Assembly (NCBI RefSeq): GCF_006345805.1
Contig: NC_043008.1
Location: forward strand, 11,780,001-11,844,000
From: Octopus sinensis
Lineage: Eukaryota
DNA length: 64,000 nucleotides
Direction of reading: 5' to 3'
Position numbers and translations under genes: made by a program
Shown here: positions 51,137 through 64,000 of the stretch, piece after piece
Layout of the letters: each line of letters begins with the position of its first letter
Numbering within the stretch: position 1 is the first letter of the stretch
The notes under the pieces: generated by a model
The model's input: the letters and a program-made list of their open reading frames with translations, nothing else
What the model was told of the DNA's origin: nothing
The model's database searches: none

Positions 51137-54100
51137 ATGATCAAGATTGGTTGTGTAAATGCGCGTGGCTTGGGGTCCCTTGGAAACAAGGGTACCTCTT
51201 AAATGACATAAAGTCACATAAGTTAGAAATCATAGCCATAAGCGAGACCAGACTCCACAATCCGCGGGCCCTAAAGACCATGTTGGCGGACAGTTCAACA
51301 TTTATTTTTCCCCCTGTCTGCCGAGAATGGGCGGTAGTGGCACCGCGGTACTTTTTCACAAGAGTCTGGATCTCAATGTAAGGACAAATTCGTAGACCCG
51401 GAGGGTAGACTGGTCGTCCTGGATGTCGACGGCAGCAATGGGTGCGCTTTTCGCTCGTATCATTTTACGCACCGCCCTTAAACAGTCGGGCGGATTTCTT
51501 TCAACGTCTAGAATTTTCTTGGGAACGTCTCGTCCTTTACTCTTAGTGGGGGATTGGAATGCTACCTTGGACACGCATGTAGACTACGTGGGTAGAGATA
51601 GGAATAGACGGGGATGCAAATGCCTCAGAGACCTGCTCAGACGCTTTCAACTGTCTGACAGGTTTCGACTAGACCACCCGAATGCGCCAACGTGGACATG
51701 GAGCAACCGCATCGGGTCGTCGAGATCGTATCTAGATAGGATACTGTGTAGGACAGTAGATAGAGATAGCATAGGATGTCCACAATTCCACATAGTCAGC
51801 TACACGGATCACAAACTTGTGACATGTACGCTAGACTTAGGTAAGACACTTAGGCAGGGTCCCGGATACTGGAAACTAAACGCGTCTTTCCCATCGAGAC
51901 AAGTTTTCAGAGACCGGATTAGCACACTAGTAAGAGGGCTTTGACGGGAGCCATCATCAACAACAAATGGTGGTTTGCCCTCAAGAGAGCAGTAAAAGCA
52001 GAAGCGATTAGGTACAGCAAAGCACTAGCCATAGATAGAATAGAGTAGAGGGTGAGCTAGTTAAGAAGCTAGAAGAGGCAATTAGAAGCGGCATCGCATC
52101 CGACGTTTTGGCGGCGAGGTTGGCCCTCGACCAACACTTCAACGCCAAACACGAAGGATGTGCTGTCAGAGCTAGGATGCGTGCTCTAAGGAACGAAGGT
52201 GTTGGAGCCGCGAGAGAGGCCCGGGTGGCAGAGGCGCAACAGGGCAACAAAGCCACCATTCGGTCACTGGTAGATGAACAGGGGCGCGAATTGCTCGAGC
52301 CAAGTAAAATGTGTGAGGCCTTTCAGCAGCATTTTGCCCGACTGTTCGGAACGAGTGGAGGGCAAGAACGTAGGGTGGACTTCAGTGCCTACCTACATAG
52401 CCTACCACGACTCTCGACAAGAAAGGCAGGGTGCTGCGAAGGTGCCATCACGGCGGCGGAAGTGCGGGAAGCGATGGCAGAATGCTCGAGGGACAAATCA
52501 CCGGGTTTGGATGGTCTACCCTACGAGCTTTACAATTGTATGCCAGACTTGTTTGGAGATCTCTTGGCGGCGGTGTACTGCAACTGGCAGCAAAACGGGA
52601 GCATTCCTGGTTTTGTGAGCCGAGGAGCCGTACACTGCTGAAGAAAGATCTAAACAAGGAAATGTAATAGATAACTTTAGGCCCATCACTCTGCTTAATG
52701 CAGACTTGAAAATTTGGCCAAGGTGCTAGCCAAGAGGTTGGCGCTTGTCATCGAGAAACTGGTCGACAAGGCGCAAACATGCGCCGTGCCAGGCCGGACC
52801 ATCCATGACAACCTCCATCTGATGCGCTACATCATAGACAGGGTAGTTAACGAACCTGGCATGGGTGGGGCCCTGATCAACTTGGATCAATCAAAAGCCT
52901 TTGATAGGTAGACCATCGATACTTGGAGGCAGTCCTGAGAGCGGCTGGTTTCGGTCCCGTCTTCCGCGGCTGGATAGCTGCCTTGTACAGAGGCATCCGT
53001 TCGTAATTCGCGTAAATGGACATCTATCGAGACCTTTCGACATTGCACGTTCGGTCCGTCAGGGATGCCCCCTCTCGGCGCTTCTATACGTATTGACTCT
53101 TGAGCCACTACTGCGGAAGCTGGCGACTCTAAGGGGCATCCCGCGAGAATTGGGATGCGGGACGAGCGTGTCTGCATACGCGGACGACGTCACCGTCATA
53201 GTGTCTAGCCACGAGCACATCGAGCTGGTCGGCGAGACACTGAAAAACTACGAAGCGGTGACAGGAGCGAAAATCAACCGGGAAAAGTCAGTGGGCTTGC
53301 GACTAGGCACCTGGAGAAGCAAGCCCATGCCGTCCACCAGCGCCTCCGTCGTGGGACGCTGGACCGACGGCCCGGTTGAGTTGCTCGGGGTCTGGTTTGG
53401 TCCGGACCTCCAAGTGGAGAAGAACTGGAACGAGATAACGATAGGGTGGTCACTCTCCTCTCGCCCGGCAATGGGCCGAGAGGAAACTGTCCCTAAAAGG
53501 TCGAGCGGAGGTGGCGAACACGTACATCGCGTCCGTCATCTACTACCGCCTGACCGTCGTACCTTGTCCCGACCCTACCATCACCAAACTACAACGCATC
53601 CTCTTTCGCTTCTTGTGGAAAGGATGCGTCCCGATGGTCAGGCGATCCATTTGCTGTCAACACCCGTTAAAAGGAGGGCTGGGCATGCCGTGGTTGATGA
53701 TGCGCAGACACGCGCTGAGACTGCGACATCTCTGGCTCTATGTAGACGACGGTGAACAGGTGTGGTCGCCGTTTGTGAGGCACGCTTTCCCGCAGCTCGT
53801 CTCCATGACCGAACTGCAGTCGTGGATCAAAAAGAGGCCGAGGAAGGGCGAATGGCACCGCGAGTGTCGCGTTGCTCTCAAGCAACTCTGCCGTCCTGGG
53901 TCGACCTTAAGTGACTTCAACACAACCAAAGCATTCTATAGGGGTTTAGTGGAGGGGAGGTACGACGACGAGCTCGGGGCGAACCTGGACGTCGACGAGG
54001 AGTACCTGACCCGCCTGTTCGGGACGACTTTCGGGCCAGGGCCCATGGACAACTTCCAGAGATCCCTGGCCTGGCAGTGCTACCGAGAAGCGCTACCCGT

Positions 54101-54566
54101 TCGGGATAAGCTCTACAGACACGGCTCGAGAAACACGGGGCCGACCTGCCCGAGATGCGGTCAGAGCGACGAAACCGTTCTGCACGCACTCGTTCAGTGT
54201 CCAACAATTTCCGACCTGTGGGCTTATGTCGAACAACTGCTGTCACGTGTGGGACGAGTCGGTTTATCAGCTGAGTCTATCGTCAATATTGTCACGCCTC
54301 CTTCCTTCAAACGGGAAGGAAGAGCTATTTTCATCATCCTTGTGGCTATGGCGAAAGAATGTATCTGGTGGACGCGTCTGAAAGGATTGGAGACAAACAC
54401 TTTCCTCTCTCTGGTCAATCTCTCATCAACTTCTTCAAGTACCACTTGAAAAGGAAAGTGAGAGTAGAGAGGCAAGTTTGTCTAGCGAATGTTTTAAAAA
54501 AGATGGGTGAATGTAGCAAGAATGGCACGTATGAATGACGAAGCCACCTTGAGCATAGTCCTATGA
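51137..54566 (+). pseudogene. LINE ORF2: apurinic endonuclease, reverse transcriptase and C-terminal zinc-binding domain; frameshifted in this assembly
   Basis: MIKIGCVNARGL, IIAISET, VGDWNATLD, SYLDRI, TDHKLV (APE); DKSPGLDGLPYELY, FRPITLLNAD, LDQSKAFDR, VRQGCPLS, AYADDVT (RT); CPRCGQSDETVLHALVQC; stop at 54564-54566. Confidence 0.92.
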
Positions 54567-54865
54567 ACCCAGAAATCGAAAACAGAGAGTTGCTTATTTG
54601 CAAAAAAAAAAAAAAAAAAAAAAAAAGAATAAAAATGTGACTTCATTGACCGAGGTTACCGTGGTCTTTTCCGCAGGCTTTTCTTTCCACGGGTAAACCT
54701 CACCTGTCCTCCCCTTTACACTTCATATTGACATTTCTGTGATAACGATCCCTATTGATCATTTTTTTTTTCCTCTCCCCCCCCTTTTTTTTTTTTTTTT
54801 TTTTACCCCCCTTATTTTTGTCCTCTTCTCTCCTTTTACGATCCCTTTTGATCGAAACTCCCCCT

Positions 54866-54899
<34 letters not shown>

Positions 54900-54970
54900 C
54901 TTCAAAAGAAAAGCTCTACCTTGTAATTTGTTCTATCTGTGTGCAGCCCTGTGTGGCTAATAAAGAAACA

Positions 54971-54984
54971 TATCTATCTATCTA

Positions 54985-55076
<92 letters not shown>

Positions 55077-55080
55077 CATC

Positions 55081-55121
<41 letters not shown>

Positions 55122-55150
55122 CTATGTATCTATCTATCTATCCATCTATC
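54971..55150. repeat. (TATC)n array downstream of the Tx1-like LINE
   Basis: Direct inspection. Confidence 0.97.
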
Positions 55151-55721
55151 TATCTGTTTACAAACGCACACACACACATACACACATATATATATAATAT
55201 AAATATATTTAAATATATATGTGTATATATATGTATGTTTATATACATACATATATATGTATGTATGTATGCATGTATATATATGCATGTAGACGTCTCC
55301 CTCATTGGCTCATCTACCTTATAAATTCCGTTCTGTCTGATTTTTGTGCGCTTATAACTCAAGTATTGTTCATCCAATCGCGCTGAAATTTTAAACATAG
55401 ATACATGAGAGAGAGAGAGAGATTGAGGCACGCCAGATAATACTTTAATTTTGAAAGAAGTATATCCCCTATAATATATATATTAATATATATATATATA
55501 TTAATATATAATCTGTATATGTATACATGCTTGTTATTTTATAGTAATTACTGGTATCCTTATATATTAATATATTTTACATCTTATATGTTTAACCATA
55601 CTATGTTGTATGTAGTAATTATTGTAATTATCACTTTAAGTAAATAAATAAATATAAGTTAACATAATATAATGTCTAAAAGTTGATGAACCACCTATTG
55701 AACCCCTTCATTTTCTATTGC

Positions 55722-55781
<60 letters not shown>

Positions 55782-55874
55782 CCATAATATAATATAGTAT
55801 AAAGATATTTATAATGAAGTAAGGACCAAAATCCTTTAAAGGGCTGTTAAACATCTAAGTCCGCCGCTTCAGCC

Positions 55875-56095
55875 CTTATTTCTTTATTGCCCTCAAGGGG
55901 CTAAACATAGAGGGGACAAACAAGCACAGACAAAGGGATTAAGTCAAGTACATCGATCCAGTGCGTAACTGGTACTTAATTTATCGACCCCGAAAAGATG
56001 AAAGGCAAAGCCTCGGCGGAATTTGAACTCAGAGCGTAACGGCAGACGAAATACCGCTAAGCATTACGCCCGGCGTGCTAACGTTTCTGCCAGCT
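55875..56095 (-). mobile_element. S3 SINE, head plus one body
   Basis: cgtgctaacgtttctgccagct head and Deu/Nin-like body on the minus strand. Confidence 0.85.
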
Positions 56096-57554
56096 AATCG
56101 TTTCTGCTACGGGCACAAGGCCTGAAATATGATGGGGAAGGACAAATCGATGTAATCGAATCCAGTTCCTAAATTATCGGCGGCGAAAGGATAAAAAGTA
56201 TTTCATCCTTTCGCTGGAATTTGAAATCAGATTTTAAAGACAGACGAAATGGCGTTAAGCGGAATAAGAATTCAAACGTCACGGCACGTGTAGCTCAATA
56301 TGTCTGAAACAAAGATGATACGAGATTTCAAGAATCTTTCTATCGTTCAGTATGAAAGGAACTTTATATAACTCAAATACCAACAGGCAGTTAAACTTTC
56401 AGTAATCGTTATTTACTGCTTTAGATAGTTCGCTAGAAACTAAAATGTTTTTATGTCCTAGCATAAGCATAATTGATATTGTTTCAAAAATAGGCATAAT
56501 CGCAATTACAGTAAGAATGAGTATAATTAACTTCGTTATAATCCTAAATGTATATGAATAAATAAATAAATACAAAAATAGTAGAATATTATTTCAGAAA
56601 ATTGCATGAAGCATTACCAAGTTGTTTTGACATTCACGGTAAGTATGAATAAGTATCGTATAGTTTCTGAAACAATAACGTATACTTAATTCAAAAGTTA
56701 TTCAATTTACAAGTTGAGTTACTTTTGAAAAGATAACCAATTCGAGGAAAATAAACATAAAATATATTTAAAAAATGGAAATTATTTGTATGTTACTTCT
56801 TATTTAATTATAAGTTCAAAAACTTAGACAACGCTGTGGAGTTCCAACTACTGTAGATGAAATCTCCAAGCGGTTAAAATACACAAGTCTACGATACCCA
56901 AGTAATTAATAAGTGATAGCAGAAGAGTATCCAGGAGTCATAACCAGCATGCGACCCATCCCCCTTGGAGTGCAAATGACTGAAAGAAGTTAAAGAATAA
57001 AAGAATATGTCTCTCGTTAAATATTGGCTCGTTTCAAGATGGCGGGTTGACAGAATCGTTTTCTCCCGCCCCGGAAATTGCTGGTTTTGTGCTAAAATTT
57101 GAAGCCAATATTTATTAATTTCTGTCATTTGACTGTGCTTATGTATAAATGTAAATATACAAAACAAAAGAAATATACAAAAAGAAAAAGAAAATGAGCT
57201 GAGGGGCTCTCAGATAAGACAAGGCGTGTGGTATCAGGAAGGCAATGTAAAATGACAAAAAATTGGAGTGGAAGGGAGAAACGCGAAGAAAAGTTTAAAC
57301 AGAAAAAGATCCCCCCCCCCCAGAAACCGAACTATAAAAAAAAATCACCAGCCCAAACTTCAACGTCGAGAAGGTGAGTGACGAGAAGAAGCGTGACTAA
57401 ACAAGTCAGCGGTCAAACGAATCAAGAGGTCGGAGGAGGAGTAAGAAATGTGGATGCCAGAGCGGGAGAGAAAGAAGAGAGTTAGGATGGTGAGAGGGGA
57501 AAGGAGAAAGTGGAAGAGAAAAGAGAACCGAAGAAAAGGTAATGTCAGGCGACA

Positions 57555-57815
57555 TTTGGAGGCGCGTGGCTTAGTGGTTAGGGTCTCAGCATCATGATCG
57601 AAAGATTGTGGTTTCGATTCCTGGACCGGGCAACGCGTTGTGTTCTTGAACAAAACAATTCATTTCATGTTGCTCCAGTCCACTCAGCTGGCAAAAATAA
57701 GTAACGCTGCGATGGACTGGCGTCCCATCCAGATGGGGAACACATACGCCATAGAAACCGGGAAACCGGGCCCAAGAGCCTGGCTAGGATTTAAAAAGGG
57801 CGCATTTATTTATTT
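57555..57815 (+). mobile_element. tRNA SINE: S1-like head, CORE-like middle, tail type a variant
   Basis: ggaggcgcgtggcttagtggttaggg...gttgtgttcttgaacaaaaca...gctgcgatggactggcgtcccatccag. Confidence 0.78.
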
Positions 57816-58494
57816 TTTTAGAGCGACATTGCACAACAAATTTCCTAGTATAGGTGGACGAAGAGAAGATAGGTATGTGGTGCTACATTAAATAATTTTG
57901 GAAGATTACAGAGAAGCATGACAAAGAACAAATTAACATTTCACTCACAAGATAAGGACGGTGTGGTGTTGATAACAATAAAATTAATTTAGAGATCTTG
58001 ACTGATATATCACTATAGCATATCTGCTAAAATATTTTACAAGTGCTTAGCTTTCTGTAAAGGGATGGTTGATATATAAATTGACTTTGATCGTTATACG
58101 ACATTAAAACTGGCCGATATGAGACCAAACTAAAGGTCGAATTTTCAAGCACATGGCATTATTTCATCTTGATGACCAAGACGACAGAAGTTGCTTCGGT
58201 TCGATTACTTATGCACTGGTGACATTTATACCTGAAAGATCAGACAATCATATTAATTCTATTCCAGACATATTCGCAGGCATGAGCGAAATCTTAAACT
58301 CATGGATGCATAAATAGTTAATTAGAAATAAAGAAATGAATGAATCGATACACAGGTGAATAAAAGTATAGACACAAACTCATCCACACACAGTCCTAGT
58401 CGTACAAAGCGTACGTGTCTTTGCATATGCAAGTACGTGTATATATAATGTATTTATAAATATATAATGTTAATAAACAATCACATTCTTATGT

Positions 58495-58710
58495 GTAGGC
58501 GCAATGGCCCAGTGGTTAGGGCAGCGGTCTCGTGGTCGTAGGATCGTGGTTTCGATTCCCAGCGAAAACATAAAGCTCCACGATGCTCCGGCAGGGGTTG
58601 GTGGTGATCCCTGCTGTACTCTTTCTTCTGTTGGTCTGCTCACTTAGCGAGCGGGGTGGCGTCATTTGAAGGCTAAAACAATGCGAAACGCATTGTGACC
58701 AGCGATGTGT
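58495..58710 (+). mobile_element. SINE S1, tail type b, internally deleted
   Basis: gtaggcgcaatggcccagtggttagggcagcgg...gcattgtgaccagcgatgtgta. Confidence 0.8.
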
Positions 58711-58779
58711 AGCATACACACACATATATATACAATATATATGTGTGTGTATATATATATATATACATACACTCCGCTG

Positions 58780-58930
58780 AGGCTCAGGAGTGGCTGTGTG
58801 GTAAGTATCTTGCTTACCAACCACATGGTTCAGTCCCACTGCGTGGCATCTTGGGCAAGTGTCCTCTACTATAGCCTCGGGCCGACCAAAGTCTTGTGAG
58901 TGAATTTGGTAGGCGGAAACTGGAAGAAGT
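58780..58930 (+). mobile_element. S2 SINE head
   Basis: ggagtggctgtgtggtaagtatcttgcttaccaaccacatggttcagtcccactgcgtggcatcttgggcaagtg. Confidence 0.85.
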
Positions 58931-58977
58931 ATATATATATATATATATATTACATATATATATATACATATACATGC

Positions 58978-59002
<25 letters not shown>

Positions 59003-59008
<6 letters not shown>

Positions 59009-59385
59009 CAACAATTGAGGGTAAAATTAATTAATTATTAATCAATTTCACCAAGTATTCAGTATGTAAAGGGACCATTATAGGCGAATTCAAAATATTA
59101 CATTATATATAAGGGCTTAGTAAAATAAATTACTTTGCCACATACTGAACTCATTAGAAATAGCAGCTAAAGAAATTTCTTCAGCTATTTCTAATACTTA
59201 AAGAAGATCTCTCTCAGATAGTGTTTGCCTAAACTAACTCACAAAAGTACTTTTGTGAGTTAGTTTAGGCAAACACTATCTGAGAGAGATCTTCTTTAAG
59301 TATTAGAAATAGCTGAAGAAATTTCTTTAGCTGCTATTTCTAATGAGTTCAGTATGTGGCAAAGTAATTTATTTTACTAAGCCCT

Positions 59386-59393
<8 letters not shown>
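59003..59393. repeat. Perfect 290-bp zero-spacer palindrome (59104-59393) with a unique extension, between (TA)n runs
   Basis: Centre aaaagt|actttt at 59248/59249; arms are exact reverse complements by eye. Confidence 0.9.
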
Positions 59394-59417
<24 letters not shown>

Positions 59418-60039
59418 ATATATTATATATATATATACATGTATGTATAGAGATAGATAGATGGCTAGATAGATATAGGAGATACAAAATAGTTTTGTGT
59501 TATTTACTCACTCTTACACATATTTCAGTTGCCAATACAAGTTAAAAAATTGTATATGCAGTTTAAGAATGTGAACATGTTGGATTTTAGCCCTTCGCAC
59601 ATAATACTCACACACACACATATATACATAATTGTGTGTGTGTGTGTGTGTGTCTGTTTAAATTTATACGTATGCGTGTTTGTATGCATGTGTGCATGCA
59701 TGTAGACTTACTGTGATTGCAGACTTAAGATATTCAGTTCGCAATCACGAGACACGTGTTTCGATCACACTATATGCCATTCATTATATACTCGCATCAT
59801 TTCCCGCGTCCGTGGATCGAACCGTGTCCTAAGTGTGAAATTAGGTACAGGGAAACTGTAAGGAAGTTCATCGGATGGATTGTTCCTGTAACACAACGTT
59901 GTCACTCAGAGTGAACTAAAGAATTATGTTCTGGTTACGTATCAATAGAAAGTTCAGACATTCTGAGCCTAGGTACTCCTTTATTCACCCATATGAACAT
60001 TCATAGGCTGACCTTCTTGCGGAGATCTATGATATAAAT

Positions 60040-60245
60040 TCTTATGGGGACAATTCACAAAAAAAAAAGAAGAATACAGGTGATGTAGACAACAAACAGA
60101 TGTATTAGTATAACCCTCGGGGAGTGAAAAAGTCATTAACGTTTCGAGCCTACGCTCTTCCACAGAAAGGAACACAGAAAGAAAGAAGGAGAGAAAATAA
60201 AGAATGTGTAGTGCCTAGCGATCTATCATGGTGAATGCCGGAAAT
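60040..60245 (-). mobile_element. H2 repeat with minimal hammerhead-like motif
   Basis: Minus strand ccttt-CTGTGGA-A-gagc-gtag-gctc-GAAACGTT (60170-60138). Confidence 0.7.
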
Positions 60246-61344
60246 CGACCCGATAATCTATATTTGTTAAAATTTATAACGTGTGTATATAACCATGTTT
60301 TAACATTTGAGTTAATAGTATTTCTGTATATCTACTTGCACCAAGAGTAGCTTCGGCGAATCAGTATCTCAAATAATGATTTCTAGTATAATCAGTTATC
60401 TTAAAATTTAATGGGAGTCGATAAGATTGTACTCAACGCATAGGCAATAGATGTAAGATTTACCTAGGCGTGAATCGAAGTTAGAACTGAAGGACGTGCT
60501 ACGGAATATCACAAACCATTTGCTTTGTCACATTGCAGGCTCGGTGAAACTACTTCTCCAACGGAATGTCAAACAGCGAAAGCAAAATGTAATATTTTCT
60601 GTCACTTAAGAGTACGTATGTTATTTAATTTACAGTACTTATAGTTATAACTGATTATAAGGCCTGGTCTTCGAACTTTCAGCTGCAATTCTGTGTATTT
60701 CTCATATAACGGAATATAATTGGATGGATCTGCCTCTAGGCCGATCTAAAGTTCATCTCGACTATTTCCTAAGGCTATATGAAATAACTCTTATCAACTT
60801 CAATTTTCCTTCTAGTACTTCATACCTAACAAATGAAAATATTAATTATTGATAGCTCTTCCCTGAATGTTAGAGTTTCCGATACATACAAGTGAAATAT
60901 TCCTACTAAATACACCTTTCTTTATTAAATAATATTTCCATCTTGAATAGCAAAAGGTCTATACAGAAATATGCAGAATAAAATGCTACCTAAAATGTAA
61001 ATAATGATTACACAATAGAAATATACTGATAAAAAAAAATCAGCATTATTATATTTTAATAGAGAAGATGATTTTCAGCCAGAATGAAAACCGTTTTGCC
61101 TACAAATATACAAACATCCACATATACAATCACACGGATATATGTAGTTCAAAACTGCGTCAGAGAACGCGATATTTTAAGTAAAGCTATGGTACTGAGG
61201 ATGATATCTACAGTTAACACTTAACTCCATAGAAATTATACAATTTTCGTTATTTCGGATAGTCTAAAATAGGGAGTCCGCGTGAAGTTTAAGGAAAAAG
61301 GTACTGAAAAAAAGTAGTTGTGTTTAAAATTGTACATACGTAAG

Positions 61345-61740
61345 GGAACGGGCTGGCAGAATCGGTAGAACGCCGGGCAACATGCTCAGCGTCATTTCAT
61401 TTGTGATTATGTTCAGAGTTCAAGTTAAGGTGAGGTTGCTTTGCTTTTCATCCGTTTCGAGGACGGTAAAATAAGTGGCAGTTGAGAACTGGGGTCAATG
61501 TAATCGACTTGAACCCCTCCTCCGAAATTGCTGGCCTTGTGCCACAATTTGAAATCATTCGAGCTAGCAGAATCTTTAACGCGTCGGGCAAAATGATCAT
61601 GGGCATTCGACACGTCTTTATGTTCTAAGTTCAAATTCCGCGACGATTGACTTTACCTTTCATCTTTTCGGGGACAGCACGTATCAGTTGAGTATTTGTG
61701 TCTATATAATCGACATGACCCCCAACTCTCACGAGGTTGC
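61345..61740 (+). mobile_element. Two degenerate S3 SINEs in tandem
   Basis: gggctggcagaatcggtagaacgccgggc head and ttcatccgtttcgaggacggtaaaataagt; second head at about 61560. Confidence 0.65.
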
Positions 61741-62329
61741 TGTTCTTTCCAATTAGGAAATATCAATTACAGGAGAAGAAAGCCAGAACACTAGACACAG
61801 AGTGTAAGTGATATAAATATTAGCTCAAGTACATGTTATCTGCAGATTTCAGAACAATAGCTTCTTTTGTTACTGAATTATTTATGGCCGTATATTGCAT
61901 CACTAGATTTACGATGTCGAGAATAATATGTGATTCCCAGTTGATTTTTGTATAAAAATCATCAATTCAAAAATCAGCCAATATTTGAAAAAGAAAAAGA
62001 AAAGAAAAACTTCCCATGAAGAGCCGCTGGTCATTTTATTAAAATGTTTGACTATTATATCTTTCGATTGTTTACTATTAAGAGTTATGCGAAAACGAAA
62101 GTTAAACTTGTTACCGAAGACGAAGCGCCAATGTATGTGATGGAAACGAAAGCTATCAATATAACCCTACAGACGTTTATTGAGATTCTACAATAATTAC
62201 ACACACACACATACACCCACACATACTCATGCACACTTATACAGAGTGAAAGAGACTGAAAGAACGAGAGATAGAGAGAATACGAGAGAGTGATCCTCGA
62301 ATATATATCTTTATTTATGTAGATATTAG

Positions 62330-62484
62330 AGATATATGTATGTATGATGAATATATATATGTGTAAATATATATACATATGTATATATATATATGAAATA
62401 TATATATAATATATTATATAATATATATATAATAAATATATATATATTATATATATATATGTATATATATATAATATATATAAT

Positions 62485-62562
<78 letters not shown>

Positions 62563-62710
62563 AATATATATAAATATAATATATATATATATAATATATA
62601 ATATATAATATATATAATATATATATATATGTATATATATATGTGTATATATATATATATACACACATATATAATATATATATGATATAGACAAAAATAA
62701 TATATATATT
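62330..62710. repeat. Long interrupted (TA)n tract (one of many in the window)
   Basis: Direct inspection. Confidence 0.95.
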
Positions 62711-63010
62711 TATTTAATTATTGCAGCAATTATCTATGAGAACTGGTTAATTTGTATGTTACATAATTGAGAGGACAATGCTTCAATTATGTGAACGTGT
62801 CATTCAGAAGACATATTAATTTTATCCTCTGGGCTTTAATTTTAATATGATAAAACTTGTATTAATAGAATATAAAACTAATTACAGACATTCAGCTTTA
62901 TAATTATCGATCTATATATTCATCAACGCTATATTTACATCTCTCTCTCTTTCTCTGTGTATATATATAATATAATATATATATATATATATATATAGAA
63001 TATGTATATA

Positions 63011-63063
<53 letters not shown>

Positions 63064-63124
63064 GACAATTATATTTTTGTATAAGATATATACGGATGTA
63101 TTCATATCTATCTATTTATTCCTT

Positions 63125-63195
<71 letters not shown>

Positions 63196-64000
63196 TAAAT
63201 ATAATATATATATATACATAAACATAAATATATATATATATATACACATACATATATGTACATACAGAGATAGATAGATAAACAGATATATAGCTAGATA
63301 GTTAGACAGATAGATAATATATATACAACTGGCTGGCAAAGCAATGGACCTTCCTGTACACGGCCTTAGCACAGGAAAAGCAATTATGGGAAAATGTTGA
63401 TCATTATAACGATTATCATCTGACACAAGACGAATCTTGTGAAACAATTAGAAAATTTTAAATTTAACTACAAGTACCTCCTTCATCCATTTTGCTTTTT
63501 ATCTTACCTGAGCTCGGGAAATATACTGTTAATTGTAATACTTCATCGATTATCTCTCATATCATACATCGTGCGATGTCATTCAATTTGGCGAACCTCT
63601 TCCCAGGGACACTATTTCGGATTTACTACTCGTATCGCCCAACGATTGTGTAAGTTACAGTAATAAACAACCACAATTGTAGTTTACTGCATAAACAAAA
63701 GACCAGAAATTAAATGGACGTTTGTAATTGTTTAAATGGATCTCCCTTCATTTCCTGACGCGTGCTGTGATTCATACCGCCTGCCACGGTGAAATGAAAG
63801 CTATAATTGTCCCAAGCCGGATTTGGTCTAATTTACACGATATTCTAACAGTCCCGCCAATCCAAAAACCTTATAAAATAGTAGTATTATTAACTGTTTT
63901 CCCAATCGTTTTACAAGATCTGAAATTAAAGCTATGGAGTAGTCGATACGATTTAATCTCTTGTCCCGATTTGAAATCAGAATGTAATAATTAGTTTCGG

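Larger units (their letters stand above)
49457..54970 (+). mobile_element. L1/Tx1-clade non-LTR retrotransposon, near full length, with fold-back 5' end
   Basis: Two-ORF layout (zinc-knuckle ORF1; APE-RT-zinc-binding ORF2); GC- and CpG-rich relative to flanks; bounded by (TATC)n on both sides. Confidence 0.92.

Overview
AT-rich, microsatellite-saturated eukaryotic DNA with one 100-N assembly gap (873-972). It is most likely intronic or intergenic octopus genome; this is inferred from the SINE families and repeat density, not from a database hit. No host protein-coding gene can be supported; most ORF-track entries are translations of (TA)n, (CA)n, (GATA)n and (ATGT)n repeats. Contents: (i) many tRNA-derived SINEs of three types (CORE-like, Deu/Nin-like, and one head with interchangeable tails); (ii) a young, GC-rich, near-full-length L1/Tx1-clade LINE (49457-54970) embedded in (TATC)n, with a fold-back 5' end; (iii) three decayed R4/Dong-clade fragments; (iv) a Chapaev3-like transposase remnant and several MITEs. 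The best lead is a non-coding repeat family with a monomer of about 494 bp. It carries a type I hammerhead ribozyme with a long stem II insertion and a palindromic stem III (29623-29729). Two diverged subfamilies show compensatory changes in stems I and III. Copies occur as tandem plus inverted (palindromic) insertions that always end at the same motif next to TA-rich microsatellites. This suggests a retrozyme or Penelope-dependent RNA element. Two further minimal-hammerhead repeat families are also present. Repeat coordinates are read by eye and approximate unless given to the base.
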